Positions 39,865 to 49,223 of a stretch of DNA of 54,289 bases are shown in pieces. Below the pieces are notes generated by a model. The model was not told where the DNA came from, ran no database searches, and saw nothing but the letters and a program-made list of their open reading frames with translations. The translations under genes and the position numbers were made by a program. The number at the start of each line of letters is the position of its first letter. Position 1 is the first letter of the stretch. Origin of the DNA: Candidatus Woesearchaeota archaeon (GTDB lineage: Archaea; Nanobdellota; Nanobdellia; Woesearchaeales; JAHWIC01); assembly GCA_019322485.1 (NCBI GenBank), contig JAHWIK010000001.1, forward strand, positions 1 through 54,289. Direction: 5' to 3'.

Positions 39865-40434
39865 ATGCTTGGTAAGATAAAAGAGCTTGTGAATATAAAA
39901 GAGGATATTAAAGCAGTTTCTAAGGATTTTGACCAGTTAAAGAGGGAAGTATCATCATTTAAAGAAGAAATCAATAAACTAAAAGAATCATTGAATGACA
40001 CTAATTCCACCCAAAAACAATTTCTAAAAAATCTTGAAAATGATATGGGTATAATAAATGAGTCAAAGGAATCATTCAAGAAAGAGGTCTATGATTTTAA
40101 ATTATTGAAATCTCAGCTGCAGAACAAGCTGCTTCAAAAGTTCGAGGAAGAGCTTGGAAAAGAGCTTAAGGTAAATATCGATAAATTAAAAGAGGATTAT
40201 GGTGGCTATGCTGAGCTTAAGGATAAGGTCGATGCCATAAAGCCAAAGATAGACGAGCTGAATAAAACAATATCTAAATTATCAGATGTAAGCAAAAGCC
40301 TGAAAAAAGAGGATTTTGAGCTGACAAAGTTTGCAAACCAGATTCTTGCAGTTGACAAGGAAAAACTAGAGCTTATGAGGAAGATAGATACTCTTGAAAG
40401 GCTAATATCCAAGATGAGAAGATCTGCCAGATGA
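39865..40434 (+). CDS. Coiled-coil protein (hypothetical).
   Basis: 189 aa with heptad-rich K/E/L sequence. Confidence 0.5.
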   Translation: MLGKIKELVNIKEDIKAVSKDFDQLKREVSSFKEEINKLKESLNDTNSTQKQFLKNLENDMGIINESKESFKKEVYDFKLLKSQLQNKLLQKFEEELGKELKVNIDKLKEDYGGYAELKDKVDAIKPKIDELNKTISKLSDVSKSLKKEDFELTKFANQILAVDKEKLELMRKIDTLERLISKMRRSAR

Positions 40435-41150
40435 ATAGGAAGATAATTGTTAATATCATTGCTGTTCTGTTAATACTTAGCATTCCTTTGATTCTTTATC
40501 TCCTTAACTTCAGGTTGATATTGTCTGATACGGATTTTTATGAGGCTGAATTTGAAAAACATGGTGTTTATGAAAGGTTTGGAAAAGAGGATGTAGATAA
40601 GACTAATTCAGGATTACTGGCCTATTTTGAAGATGGAAGAAAGAACAGCCTGCATGATGATGACTTTTTCGATTTTGGAGAAAAGAGGCATTTACTTGAT
40701 GTTAAGAATGCTGTTCAGGCTGCATCATCTCTGCTTGTATGGGTTGTTTGTATTGTTATATTCTTATTGATACTTTTTTATTTTACGGATTTTAAGAGAT
40801 TAACAGAATATATCCCTTTGATATTAATCTTCAGCGGAGCAGTAACCTTAATCTTTGGGTTAATCTTGCTAGTATTTGTCAGGCTTAACTTTGATTTGCC
40901 GTTTGCATTTTTGCATAAGATGCTCTTTGAAGAAGGCACATGGCTGTTTTCAGGCGACAGCAACCTGATTGGCATGTATCCGATTGGCTTTTTTTATGAT
41001 TTCTCCAGGAGCATATTTTTCAATGCAGCGCTCCACGGCTTTGTTCTGGTATTAATTGGATTTCTTATCAGGATATTGTTATTGGGGAAAATAATCAAAA
41101 AAGAAAGATATTTAAACATCAGAAAAAAGAAGAAAATCAATAAAAAATAA
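40431..41150 (+). CDS. Integral membrane protein, possibly of the TIGR01906 / DUF1461 family.
   Basis: 239 aa. An N-terminal TM helix, an extracytoplasmic segment, then three or four TM helices. Overlaps the upstream stop (ATGA). Confidence 0.4.
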   Translation: MNRKIIVNIIAVLLILSIPLILYLLNFRLILSDTDFYEAEFEKHGVYERFGKEDVDKTNSGLLAYFEDGRKNSLHDDDFFDFGEKRHLLDVKNAVQAASSLLVWVVCIVIFLLILFYFTDFKRLTEYIPLILIFSGAVTLIFGLILLVFVRLNFDLPFAFLHKMLFEEGTWLFSGDSNLIGMYPIGFFYDFSRSIFFNAALHGFVLVLIGFLIRILLLGKIIKKERYLNIRKKKKINKK

Positions 41151-41161
41151 TCATTAGAAAA

Positions 41162-41905
41162 ATGCGTATACCAATAATAGCCGGCAACTGGAAGATGAAC
41201 AAATCAATAGGAGAAGCTGTTTCTTTAGTTAAGGAATTAAGGGACTTGGTTGCTGATGTTAAAGATAGGGAGATTATTGTCTGCCCTTCATTTACTGCTT
41301 TGTCTTCTGTTAAAGCAGAGCTGTCCACGTCAAATGTGAAGGTTGGGGCTCAAAACATTTACTTTGAGGAGGAAGGTGCTTTTACTGGAGAGATTTCTCC
41401 TATAATGCTTAAAGAGCTTTGCAGTCATGTAATAATAGGCCATTCAGAGAGAAGAGCGTATTTCAATGAAACTAATGAATTGGTGAATAAAAAAATAAAG
41501 ATTGCTTTGAAGAATGGCTTGACACCAATTGTTTGTGTAGGAGAAAGGCTTGAGGAGCGGGAATTAGACCAGACAAATAATATTATCAGGGAGCATGTTG
41601 AGAATGGATTAGCTGGGCTGTCAAAGAAAGATATGGCTGAGGTAATAATTGCTTATGAGCCTGTTTGGGCTATTGGGACTGGAAAGACAGCAACTCCAGA
41701 ACAGGCTGAAGAGGTTCATGTTTTCATAAGAGGTTTATTGAAAGATATGTTTGGGGATGTTTCTGAAAAGATAAGAATTTTATATGGCGGCTCTGTTAAG
41801 CCAAAGAACATAAAAGAGCTTATGGCAAAGGACAACATTGACGGCGGCCTTGTTGGCGGAGCAAGCCTTGACGCGAAAAGCTTCTCAGATATAGTGCATT
41901 ATTAG
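41162..41905 (+). CDS. tpiA: Triosephosphate isomerase, bacterial/eukaryotic type.
   Basis: IIAGNWKMN, active-site IGHSERR, and IAYEPVWAIGTGKTATPEQAEEVH. 247 aa, longer than the ~225-aa archaeal type. Confidence 0.9.
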   Translation: MRIPIIAGNWKMNKSIGEAVSLVKELRDLVADVKDREIIVCPSFTALSSVKAELSTSNVKVGAQNIYFEEEGAFTGEISPIMLKELCSHVIIGHSERRAYFNETNELVNKKIKIALKNGLTPIVCVGERLEERELDQTNNIIREHVENGLAGLSKKDMAEVIIAYEPVWAIGTGKTATPEQAEEVHVFIRGLLKDMFGDVSEKIRILYGGSVKPKNIKELMAKDNIDGGLVGGASLDAKSFSDIVHY

Positions 41906-41921
41906 AAATATTTGTTCTTAT

Positions 41922-42497
41922 TTAAGGTACTACAACATATATCTTGTTTTTGCCGTAGTCTTCAGTACATGCTGCATGAGCACAGGTAACTGTAACAGTA
42001 ATGACATGCTTTCCAGCGCTTGCGCCTCTTGGAACATCCACTAGTATGCCAAACTTTTTCTCTTCATTATTTTCAAGAGAGTCTGTTCTGCCTGTGGTTA
42101 AAAGAGTGTCTGGGAGAACAACCAATGGGTCTCCTCCAGCACCAACACCATAAGCTGTGATAGTGTATTCGCCCTTTAGAATCACACCCTCAAGCTCAGC
42201 TGTAACAGTGAAGTCTACCTCACCCTCAACATTAAGAACATTAAGCACCCTAACCCCAAAGACAGCGTGATTGCCTTTCCTTAGTGTTCTTGTACGGGTC
42301 CCAAGACAGACCCGCTCATCACCAGGGCACATGATGTCTTCTATTCTATCATCAAGCTCATCTTCAGCCATCTTGGTTAGGTCCTCAGCACCGCCTAACA
42401 GCATATATGCAAATCTGAGGCCAAAACCAAATACAGTTATAGCTAGAATAAAGATAACTATGAAATTTATTGATAGTTCGATACCTTTCTTATACAT
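41922..42497 (-). CDS. Type IV pilin-like protein with a class III (prepilin) signal peptide.
   Basis: MYKKG|IELSINFIVIFILAITVFGFGL N-terminus. Thr/Gly-rich beta-rich C-domain with paired Cys. Confidence 0.55.
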   Translation of the reverse strand: MYKKGIELSINFIVIFILAITVFGFGLRFAYMLLGGAEDLTKMAEDELDDRIEDIMCPGDERVCLGTRTRTLRKGNHAVFGVRVLNVLNVEGEVDFTVTAELEGVILKGEYTITAYGVGAGGDPLVVLPDTLLTTGRTDSLENNEEKKFGILVDVPRGASAGKHVITVTVTCAHAACTEDYGKNKIYVVVP

Positions 42498-42540
42498 TTT
42501 AATTAGGATTTGTTCTTAAAAAAGAAAATAAAAAAATATT

Positions 42541-42777
42541 TTATTTAATTATCTCGTATTCCCTTACAATAAGTACCATGAACAATACAAGAACAATTGC
42601 CCCTGAGATTATCCATGTCAATCCCCTTAGGATTCCTGTCTGGAACATCTGATAAAGTCCATATGCCATTATAATGAAGCCAAGCAGTAAGAACTTGTCA
42701 AGCACAAGCTTCATTATGTCAAATTCCTGTTGTGCTGTTAATCGTTTTTTCATTCGAGCCATTTTTTTACACCTCAT
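42541..42777 (-). CDS. Small two-TM membrane protein (hypothetical) between the two pilin genes.
   Basis: 78 aa. Its stop overlaps the next gene. Confidence 0.4.
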   Translation of the reverse strand: MRCKKMARMKKRLTAQQEFDIMKLVLDKFLLLGFIIMAYGLYQMFQTGILRGLTWIISGAIVLVLFMVLIVREYEIIK

Positions 42778-43268
42778 GAAGATATCTTTACAGAGAAATC
42801 ACGCGAAGTTGTTCCATATGTAAGGCCGCAGTCAATCGTTGCAGTGCAAAGGTAGGTCCCTGCTGTTAGTTCGGAAGGCACAATTATCTTCCAGATAGAG
42901 ATTTCGTCTGAGACTACACCTCTTGCAGTTCCGCTAAAAGCTAGGTTTGGAGAAATTGTGCAACCAGCAACAGACAAAGTACAGCTAGCATCCGCACCGA
43001 ATGTATTCAAAAATCCAATCAGAACTGATTTCTGCTCTCTTGACCTCATTACTGTATCTGCTGGCTGGGTAATCATTACATTGTTACGCGTAGGCGGGTT
43101 GATTAGCTGCTCTACACCCAATGCACCAGATGCTCTGTCTTCCATCTTCTGGAACATTCCCCTTACAAAAGCCAGACCTAAACCGAGCATAGAAAACGCA
43201 AGAATAAGAATAACTATAGCGTTTATACTTAAGCTCAGAGAAGCTCTTTTACTCTTAGATAGTCTCAT
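42774..43268 (-). CDS. Type IV pilin-like protein paralogous to 41922..42497.
   Basis: MRLSKSKRA|SLSLSINAIVILILAFSMLGLGLAF N-terminus. Shares the LSIN-IVI-ILA signature with the other pilin. Confidence 0.55.
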   Translation of the reverse strand: MRLSKSKRASLSLSINAIVILILAFSMLGLGLAFVRGMFQKMEDRASGALGVEQLINPPTRNNVMITQPADTVMRSREQKSVLIGFLNTFGADASCTLSVAGCTISPNLAFSGTARGVVSDEISIWKIIVPSELTAGTYLCTATIDCGLTYGTTSRDFSVKISS

Positions 43269-43404
43269 ATGGCTACACCTCTTTTTTATTATTCTTTTTT
43301 TATTATATATATTCTACTCTGAAACAACTCATTTATAAATTTTTCTATATTTTAGCTTGTATTACCTAGGGATGGGTAAAAACACAAGCATCAAAAATTA
43401 AAAA

Positions 43405-43500
43405 TTTTTGAGGTTCGAAACCACTTTGCGGTTTCGAAACCTTACGAAAAATATAGTTTTTCTAAGGTTAAAAAATCGCAAAAGCGATTTTCGAAACCTT
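43405..43500. promoter_or_regulatory. Array of three GTTTCGAAAC-type perfect palindromes plus two small hairpins in the divergent intergenic region between the pilin operon and rpl10e. Candidate operator array.
   Basis: gaGGTTCGAAACCac at ~43411, cGGTTTCGAAACCtt at ~43429, gaTTTTCGAAACCtt at ~43488. Hairpins cgaaaaatatagtttttc and aaaatcgcaaaagcgatttt lie between them. Confidence 0.5.
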
Positions 43501-43529
43501 TAAAAACCACTCATAATTCCTGAAAAACT

Positions 43530-44054
43530 ATGCCAAGAATAAGGAAAGGTTGCTCTTACCACAAGTTGGAAAGACCATACACAAGGATATCTAAGTTTAG
43601 ACAGAAGTCTTTTATTAGAGCAAACCCTGCCCTGAGGGTAGTAAGGTTTAATATGGGGAATGATAAGAAGAAGTATAAATATACACTCAGCTTGCGTTCA
43701 AACAGAGACATCCAGATAAGGGACAATGCATTAGAGAGTGCAAGGCAAACCTCAAATAGAGTATTGGAAAAGGTTCTTGGTGCAGCGGGATATTTCATGA
43801 AGGTTAAGCTTTATCCTCATCATGTTCTAAGGGAGAATCCATTGGCAGCTGGTGCTGGTGCAGACAGGTTTAGTACTGGTATGCAGAAGGCTTTTGGCAA
43901 GCCCTTGGGCAGCGCAGCAAGGGTTAAGAAAGGCCAGGTCTTATTTGAGCTTAGGGTAAACAAAGCCAGCCTGGAACTTGCAAGGAAGGCACTTACGAGA
44001 GCAGCAAAGAAGCTACCTTGTTCATGCCTTATTGAGATAAAGGAAAACAAATAA
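43530..44054 (+). CDS. rpl10e: 50S ribosomal protein L10e (uL16).
   Basis: MPRIRKGCSYHKLERPYTRISKFRQKSFIRANPALRVVRFNMGN, typical L10e. 174 aa. Confidence 0.9.
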   Translation: MPRIRKGCSYHKLERPYTRISKFRQKSFIRANPALRVVRFNMGNDKKKYKYTLSLRSNRDIQIRDNALESARQTSNRVLEKVLGAAGYFMKVKLYPHHVLRENPLAAGAGADRFSTGMQKAFGKPLGSAARVKKGQVLFELRVNKASLELARKALTRAAKKLPCSCLIEIKENK

Positions 44055-44089
44055 TAAAGTTTAAATATAATCTAGTTCTCGTTACCCAT

Positions 44090-45172
44090 ATGGCAAGTGA
44101 ATATGTTGGTGAGATAAACCAGACAATAGGAGTGATTTCTTCTGTACTTGAACATTATTTATACTGGATGCCTCCATACCTCCAGTCCTTAGCAATCTTG
44201 TTTGGTTTCTTCGTATTGGCGTGGGGGTTGATGAAGCTATTACAGAAGATATTCTTAACGCTTGCAAGAAAGACAAAGATAAAGCTTGATGAGGTGCTTA
44301 TTGAACGCACGAACAAGCCCTTAGCTCTTTTGCTTTTACTGTTTGGTGTAAGGTTGTCAATAATACCCCTTGGTTTGCTTGAATCTATTAACATATTTTC
44401 TGACCGATTGGTCCTTTCATTAATAATAGTTGTTACAGCTTATTTGGTTGTAGTGATATTTGATGCTATTATAGAAGCAAGCAGCAGGCGCTGGGCCCAG
44501 AGAACTTCAGTAATAAAACTTTTCTATAGGTTTTCAAGAATAGTTATAGTATTATTATTCTTAGCAGCTGTGCTTGACCTTTGGGGCATTAGGGTTGGTC
44601 CTTTGCTTGCTGGTTTGGGGGTAGCTGGTATTGCAATAGCATTTGCATTGCAAACCACTTTAGGCAATATCTTTGGCGGTGTTTCTTTAATCATGGATAA
44701 TGCCTATAGGGTTGGTGATATTGTAAAGCTTGAATCAGGAGAGATGGGAACTGTATATAAGGTCGGTTTGAGAAGCACGAAGATACAGACATGGGATAAT
44801 GAAATCATAATTGTGCCTAATGGAAAGATTGCTGATTCAAGAATACAAAACCTAGTGCAGCCTGACAGGAAGATAAGGGTACTAGTTAATTTTGGTGTTG
44901 AGTACGGCTCTGATGTTGATAAGGTTAAGAAGGTTGTCAGGGGTATCATTGGGAAATTGGATATAATGAAGGACCCTGCACCACAAGTGCTTTTCCTTGA
45001 GATGGGTGATTTTGCTTTGCAGTTTAGTGCAAGGTTCTGGGTTGACGACATAACAAAAAGATTTCTGACAAGGGAGCAGGCTGTATGTGATATATACAAA
45101 ACCCTTGGAAAGGCAGGCATAAAAATAGCATTCCCAACAAGCACTGTTTATGTTAAGAAAGGGAAGAAATAA
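44090..45172 (+). CDS. mscS: Small-conductance mechanosensitive channel (MscS family).
   Basis: Three N-terminal TM helices, then LAGLGVAGIAIAFALQTTLGNIFGGVSLIMDNAYRVGDIV. Confidence 0.8.
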   Translation: MASEYVGEINQTIGVISSVLEHYLYWMPPYLQSLAILFGFFVLAWGLMKLLQKIFLTLARKTKIKLDEVLIERTNKPLALLLLLFGVRLSIIPLGLLESINIFSDRLVLSLIIVVTAYLVVVIFDAIIEASSRRWAQRTSVIKLFYRFSRIVIVLLFLAAVLDLWGIRVGPLLAGLGVAGIAIAFALQTTLGNIFGGVSLIMDNAYRVGDIVKLESGEMGTVYKVGLRSTKIQTWDNEIIIVPNGKIADSRIQNLVQPDRKIRVLVNFGVEYGSDVDKVKKVVRGIIGKLDIMKDPAPQVLFLEMGDFALQFSARFWVDDITKRFLTREQAVCDIYKTLGKAGIKIAFPTSTVYVKKGKK

Positions 45173-46127
45173 GTTTTTCTTTTAGTTCATCTGGGTTTGT
45201 TATAATCTTGTATTTCTTTTTGAAATCAGCTATTTTTTCTTTTTCTAGAACATCGCCTTTGCTTGCATATATTATTATCTCTTTTTCAAGCTTCTTTAGG
45301 CTTTTTAATAATAACTCCTGGTCTTTTAATGGGAATGGTTCTGTCAGGTCAAAGATGTAGACAATCAAGTCTGCGCAGTAATCTATTGCTAAGTATGCCT
45401 GTTTCTCTATATTGTTCATCTTGTTGAATCTATTCAGTGTTCCAGGTGTGTCTAGAATCTGTATCCTCTTATCCTTGGTTTTTATGTAGCTTATGTTGAT
45501 GTTTTTTGTTGTGAAAGAATAGCTGTTTATCTCTGGCTTTGAGCCAGTTAGTTTGTAAAGCAAGGTTGTTTTTCCTACATTTGGAAAGCCAATGACTGCT
45601 GCTGTTTTTACTGAGGTTTTTATTGCAGGATAACCTTTCATTATCTTCCTGCATTCTTCGAGGTATTCCAGCTCTTCTTTTATCCTCTTAACTACTGAAG
45701 AGATCCTGCCGTAGAACTCCCTCCTGTAATCATTTACCTTTTCCAAGACATTTGTCTTTGCTATCTTGCTTTGGTAGAGCCTGAAGAAATCATTCACTTT
45801 CTTTGCTGCCCAGTTGACTGCTCCTAATGATTTCTTTAAAGCAGCATAATCCACAGTGCATTTTACAAGCTCCCTGTAGAATGGTGGCAAGCTATCGATG
45901 CTTGGGAACGATGTTAGAATTTCAGTTAATCTGTCATAAAGAATATTCCTTATTGTGCTTATTCTTTCTGTTTCTATTTTCTTTGATTTCTCTAATCTGG
46001 GGTCCCTTGATTTCTCATTAATCTTGGTTTTTTCTCTAACCTTTTCTACTGTTTTCTTTGCTTTCCCGAAAGCTATATCCAGATATGTGTCTGGTGTTTC
46101 TATATGTGTTAGATTCTGGAAGTTCAT
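45153..46127 (-). CDS. NOG1-family GTP-binding protein (Obg/HflX-related GTPase).
   Basis: G1 GFPNVGKTTLL, G3 DTPG, and an N-terminal NOG1-like region. 324 aa. Confidence 0.7.
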   Translation of the reverse strand: MNFQNLTHIETPDTYLDIAFGKAKKTVEKVREKTKINEKSRDPRLEKSKKIETERISTIRNILYDRLTEILTSFPSIDSLPPFYRELVKCTVDYAALKKSLGAVNWAAKKVNDFFRLYQSKIAKTNVLEKVNDYRREFYGRISSVVKRIKEELEYLEECRKIMKGYPAIKTSVKTAAVIGFPNVGKTTLLYKLTGSKPEINSYSFTTKNINISYIKTKDKRIQILDTPGTLNRFNKMNNIEKQAYLAIDYCADLIVYIFDLTEPFPLKDQELLLKSLKKLEKEIIIYASKGDVLEKEKIADFKKKYKIITNPDELKEKLISSLS

Positions 46128-46191
46128 ATTAAAGAGGGGTATTTATCTATATATAAAGGTAATTAAAGCAAAAGATTTAAAATAGAACAAA

Positions 46192-46353
46192 AATCAATAT
46201 CAATGAAGTCAATTTAAAAAAATCAATAACGAAAATAAATAAATCTGATTTTTGCTTTATTTCTTACTTAAGGCAAAAATCATCCGCAGTCATGAAGTAA
46301 AGTAAGCGGATGAAAATTCCTTTAACTCGGTTGTGAAAGGAATTTTCAGATTG
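46192..46353 (+). repeat. Copy C of the conserved three-hairpin intergenic element.
   Basis: aaataaatctGATTTTTGCT...GGCAAAAATCatc, CATCCGC...GCGGATG, GAAAATTCCTTTaactcggttgtgAAAGGAATTTTCagattg. It ends 37 nt before the ATG at 46390. Confidence 0.65.
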
Positions 46354-46389
46354 AAAAGTCATTGTTTATTGAAAAATTAAAGTGATAAT

Positions 46390-47436
46390 ATGGAATTAAA
46401 GAGTCCTGCGATGTTTATTGGTGTGCATGGAGATGGAGTAATCTCATTTGGTTCTGGACAGCCTGACCTGCCTCCTCCTGAGGAAGTCTGCAAGGTTATA
46501 CCCCAGCCAAGAGCATTTAAGTACGGCTTAATCCAGGGGAATAAGAATCTAAGGCATGAGCTCTCTAAACAGGAATACTTCAAAGGAACTGACGAGCATA
46601 ATTTTGTTATAACTAATGGTGCTTCTGAGGCTATTGATTTGGTATTTAGAAGCCTTGGTTCTGGAAAAGTACTTTTGCACAGCCCTTATTATTACTCGTA
46701 TCCACCGCTTGTTAAAGCAGCTGGTCTTGAGCCTGTTTTTACTGAAACTGTTAATGGCAAAATAGATATTGATGATTTTGACAAGAAGGTCAGAGACTGC
46801 AAAGCTGTTTTGATTAATTCTCCGTCTAATCCAACCGGCAGGATTCAGGATATTAAGACATTGAAAGAGATTGAAAAATTAACAAAGGATTTAGGAATCA
46901 TATTAGTATCAGATGAGGTTTACAAGGATTTGATTTATGAGCGGGAGAATTATATGCTTAGTGGCCCGCAGGTTATTACTGTTAATTCTTTTTCAAAGAC
47001 ATTTGCAATGTGCGGCTTAAGGGTTGGTTATCTTTATTCTAATGACAAGGAAATTGTTAATAAAGTTATTGAATTAAAGACGCACACTTCAATGAACACA
47101 AATGTGCTTGCGCAGGATATGGCTTACCAGGCTTTGAAGGCTCCAAAGTCTTATACTGAGAAGCAGCATAAGATTTGGCAGGAAAGGCGCGATTTAATCT
47201 ATAAAGGACTTTGTGATTTAGGTTTAGAGTTGTGGAAACCAGAAGGGGCATTCTATGTTTTCCCTAAGGTTAAGGACCCAAAGAAAACAGTCTGGGAATT
47301 GTATAAGAAGCATAAGGTGATTACTTATCTTGGTGAATGGTTTGGTGATTCTGAAAGGATAAGGCTGAGTTATGCTCTTGATAAGGCTGATATTGAGGAA
47401 GGATTAAAAAGAATCGAGAAATATTTGAAAGGATAA
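46390..47436 (+). CDS. Class I/II PLP-dependent aminotransferase (aspartate/aromatic aminotransferase-like).
   Basis: NSFSKTFAMCGLRVGY PLP-Lys motif. 348 aa. Confidence 0.75.
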   Translation: MELKSPAMFIGVHGDGVISFGSGQPDLPPPEEVCKVIPQPRAFKYGLIQGNKNLRHELSKQEYFKGTDEHNFVITNGASEAIDLVFRSLGSGKVLLHSPYYYSYPPLVKAAGLEPVFTETVNGKIDIDDFDKKVRDCKAVLINSPSNPTGRIQDIKTLKEIEKLTKDLGIILVSDEVYKDLIYERENYMLSGPQVITVNSFSKTFAMCGLRVGYLYSNDKEIVNKVIELKTHTSMNTNVLAQDMAYQALKAPKSYTEKQHKIWQERRDLIYKGLCDLGLELWKPEGAFYVFPKVKDPKKTVWELYKKHKVITYLGEWFGDSERIRLSYALDKADIEEGLKRIEKYLKG

Positions 47437-47475
47437 GCTTTATTAATAAGTAGATAATCAAAAATTCTGAGGTGG

Positions 47476-48237
47476 TTGAACATGTTTGGTTTAGGAACAA
47501 CTGGTTTTATAGGTTTTTGGGTTGTAGTTATTTTATTAGCTAGCTTAAAGGTAGTCAAGCAGTATGAGCGAGGTGTTAAGTTTACTCTAGGTAGGTTCTC
47601 TTGTATTATGGAGCCTGGATTAAGAATAGTTATACCACTCATACAAACATTTGAACGAGTTGATATTCGTATAAAGGCTGTTGATGTTCCAAGCCAGGAA
47701 TGCGTTTCAAAGGATAATGTTTCTTTGAAAGTTAATGCAGTTCTATATTATAAGATAATGGATTCTAAAAAAGCAATTATCGAGGTTGAGCACTTCAATT
47801 ATGCAGTTTCACAGCTTGCACAAACAACAATGAGGAATATTGTTGGCGAGTTTGAATTAGATGAAATCCTGCAGAAGAGAGAAGAGATTTCCAGTAAAAT
47901 CCAGGAGATTGTTGATAAAGCAACAGACCCCTGGGGTGTAAAGGTTGACAAAATCGAGATAAAGGATATTGAATTACCGGATGCAATGAAGCGTGCAATG
48001 GCACACCAGGCTGAGGCAGAAAGAGACAGAAGAGCAAGGATTACCTTAGCTCTAGGTGAATCACAAGCTGCTAAAAAGCTTGCAGAAGCAGGAAAGATGA
48101 TTTCAGGTCAGCCTGAAGCTTTGCAGCTTAGATTATTCCAGACAATGACTGATATCTCAGCTGAGAAGAACAGCACAATAATCCTGCCTGTTCCGACTGA
48201 GCTTTTGGAGTATCTTAAGAAAGGCGCAAACAAATAA
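47476..48237 (+). CDS. SPFH / band 7 (stomatin-prohibitin-like) membrane protein.
   Basis: N-terminal TM helix, SPFH core and a C-terminal EAERDRRARI coiled coil. 253 aa. Confidence 0.8.
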   Translation: MNMFGLGTTGFIGFWVVVILLASLKVVKQYERGVKFTLGRFSCIMEPGLRIVIPLIQTFERVDIRIKAVDVPSQECVSKDNVSLKVNAVLYYKIMDSKKAIIEVEHFNYAVSQLAQTTMRNIVGEFELDEILQKREEISSKIQEIVDKATDPWGVKVDKIEIKDIELPDAMKRAMAHQAEAERDRRARITLALGESQAAKKLAEAGKMISGQPEALQLRLFQTMTDISAEKNSTIILPVPTELLEYLKKGANK

Positions 48238-48265
48238 TTTTATTTTTCTTTTACTTTTTATTCTT

Positions 48266-48562
48266 ATGTTAAATCCTAAGACATTCAATTGCGAGAGATG
48301 CGGTGAGTGCTGTAAAAAGCTGTATATTATTCTTAATGATTCTGATATAAAGAATATTGAAAAACATGGTTATCAGCTGGACTCTTTCTCTGAGACTGAG
48401 CAGGTTGGCGAGTATAAGGGAAAGAGGGTTTTGAAAAAGATTAATGGAAGATGTGTTTTTTTGACTAATGATAGTTTATGCAAAATCTATGATTCAAGGC
48501 CTGAAATCTGCAAAAAGTATCCGTTTTTTGAGAAAGAAGTTGATAGCTGTTTAGGGCAGTAA
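48266..48562 (+). CDS. YkgJ-family Zn/Fe-chelating (CxxCxxCC) small protein.
   Basis: FNCERCGECCKK...CVFL...CKIY...PEIC pattern. 98 aa. Confidence 0.6.
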   Translation: MLNPKTFNCERCGECCKKLYIILNDSDIKNIEKHGYQLDSFSETEQVGEYKGKRVLKKINGRCVFLTNDSLCKIYDSRPEICKKYPFFEKEVDSCLGQ

Positions 48563-48626
48563 ATTAACCAAAGACTTTTTAAATAACCATTTATTCTCAG
48601 ACTAAAACTAAGAGGAGGTTTTTACT

Positions 48627-49220
48627 ATGGCAGATTTCAAATTAACAATAGCTGACCCAAAAACAGGCAAATGCTACCAGAAGGAAGTTAAGGATGCAGA
48701 GGCAAGCCCATTTATTGGATTGAACATTGGCGAGCCAATAAAGGGAGATGGCTTTGGTCTGGCTGGCTACGAGTTTAAGATAACTGGTGGCTCAGATTAC
48801 TGCGGTTTTCCTATGAGGAGCGGCATCCTTGGAATCAGGAAAAGAGTTGTTCTCTATGGCGGTGTTGGCTTTTGCGGCAAGATGAGGCCCTTGAGAAAAG
48901 GAAAGAAAAGAAGGGGTCAGTTTGGCCTGAGAAAGAGAAGGACTGTATGCGGCCATAAAATAAATGAGAATGTAACCCAGATTAATCTTTCGGTTTTAAA
49001 GGAAGGCTCAAAGAAGCTTGCTGATGCGCTTGGTGCAAAGGAAGGCGAGAAAGCAGATGCTAAGCCAGCAGAGAAGCCTGCTGAAAAGCCAAAAGCTGAA
49101 GCAAAGCCTGCTGAAACAAAAGAAGAGCAAAGCTCTTCTAAGCCTCAGAAACCTGCGGTTTCTGAGAAGCCAAAGGAAGCTCCTAAGGAAGAAAAGAAGG
49201 AAGAAGCCAAAAAAGAATAA
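48627..49220 (+). CDS. rps6e: 30S ribosomal protein S6e with a ~60-aa Lys/Ala/Pro/Glu-rich C-terminal extension.
   Basis: MADFKLTIADPKTGKCYQKEV...GFPMRSG core. The tail reads KEGEKADAKPAEKPAEKPKAEAKPAETKEE...KEEKKEEAKKE. Confidence 0.85.
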   Translation: MADFKLTIADPKTGKCYQKEVKDAEASPFIGLNIGEPIKGDGFGLAGYEFKITGGSDYCGFPMRSGILGIRKRVVLYGGVGFCGKMRPLRKGKKRRGQFGLRKRRTVCGHKINENVTQINLSVLKEGSKKLADALGAKEGEKADAKPAEKPAEKPKAEAKPAETKEEQSSSKPQKPAVSEKPKEAPKEEKKEEAKKE

Positions 49221-49223
49221 AAT

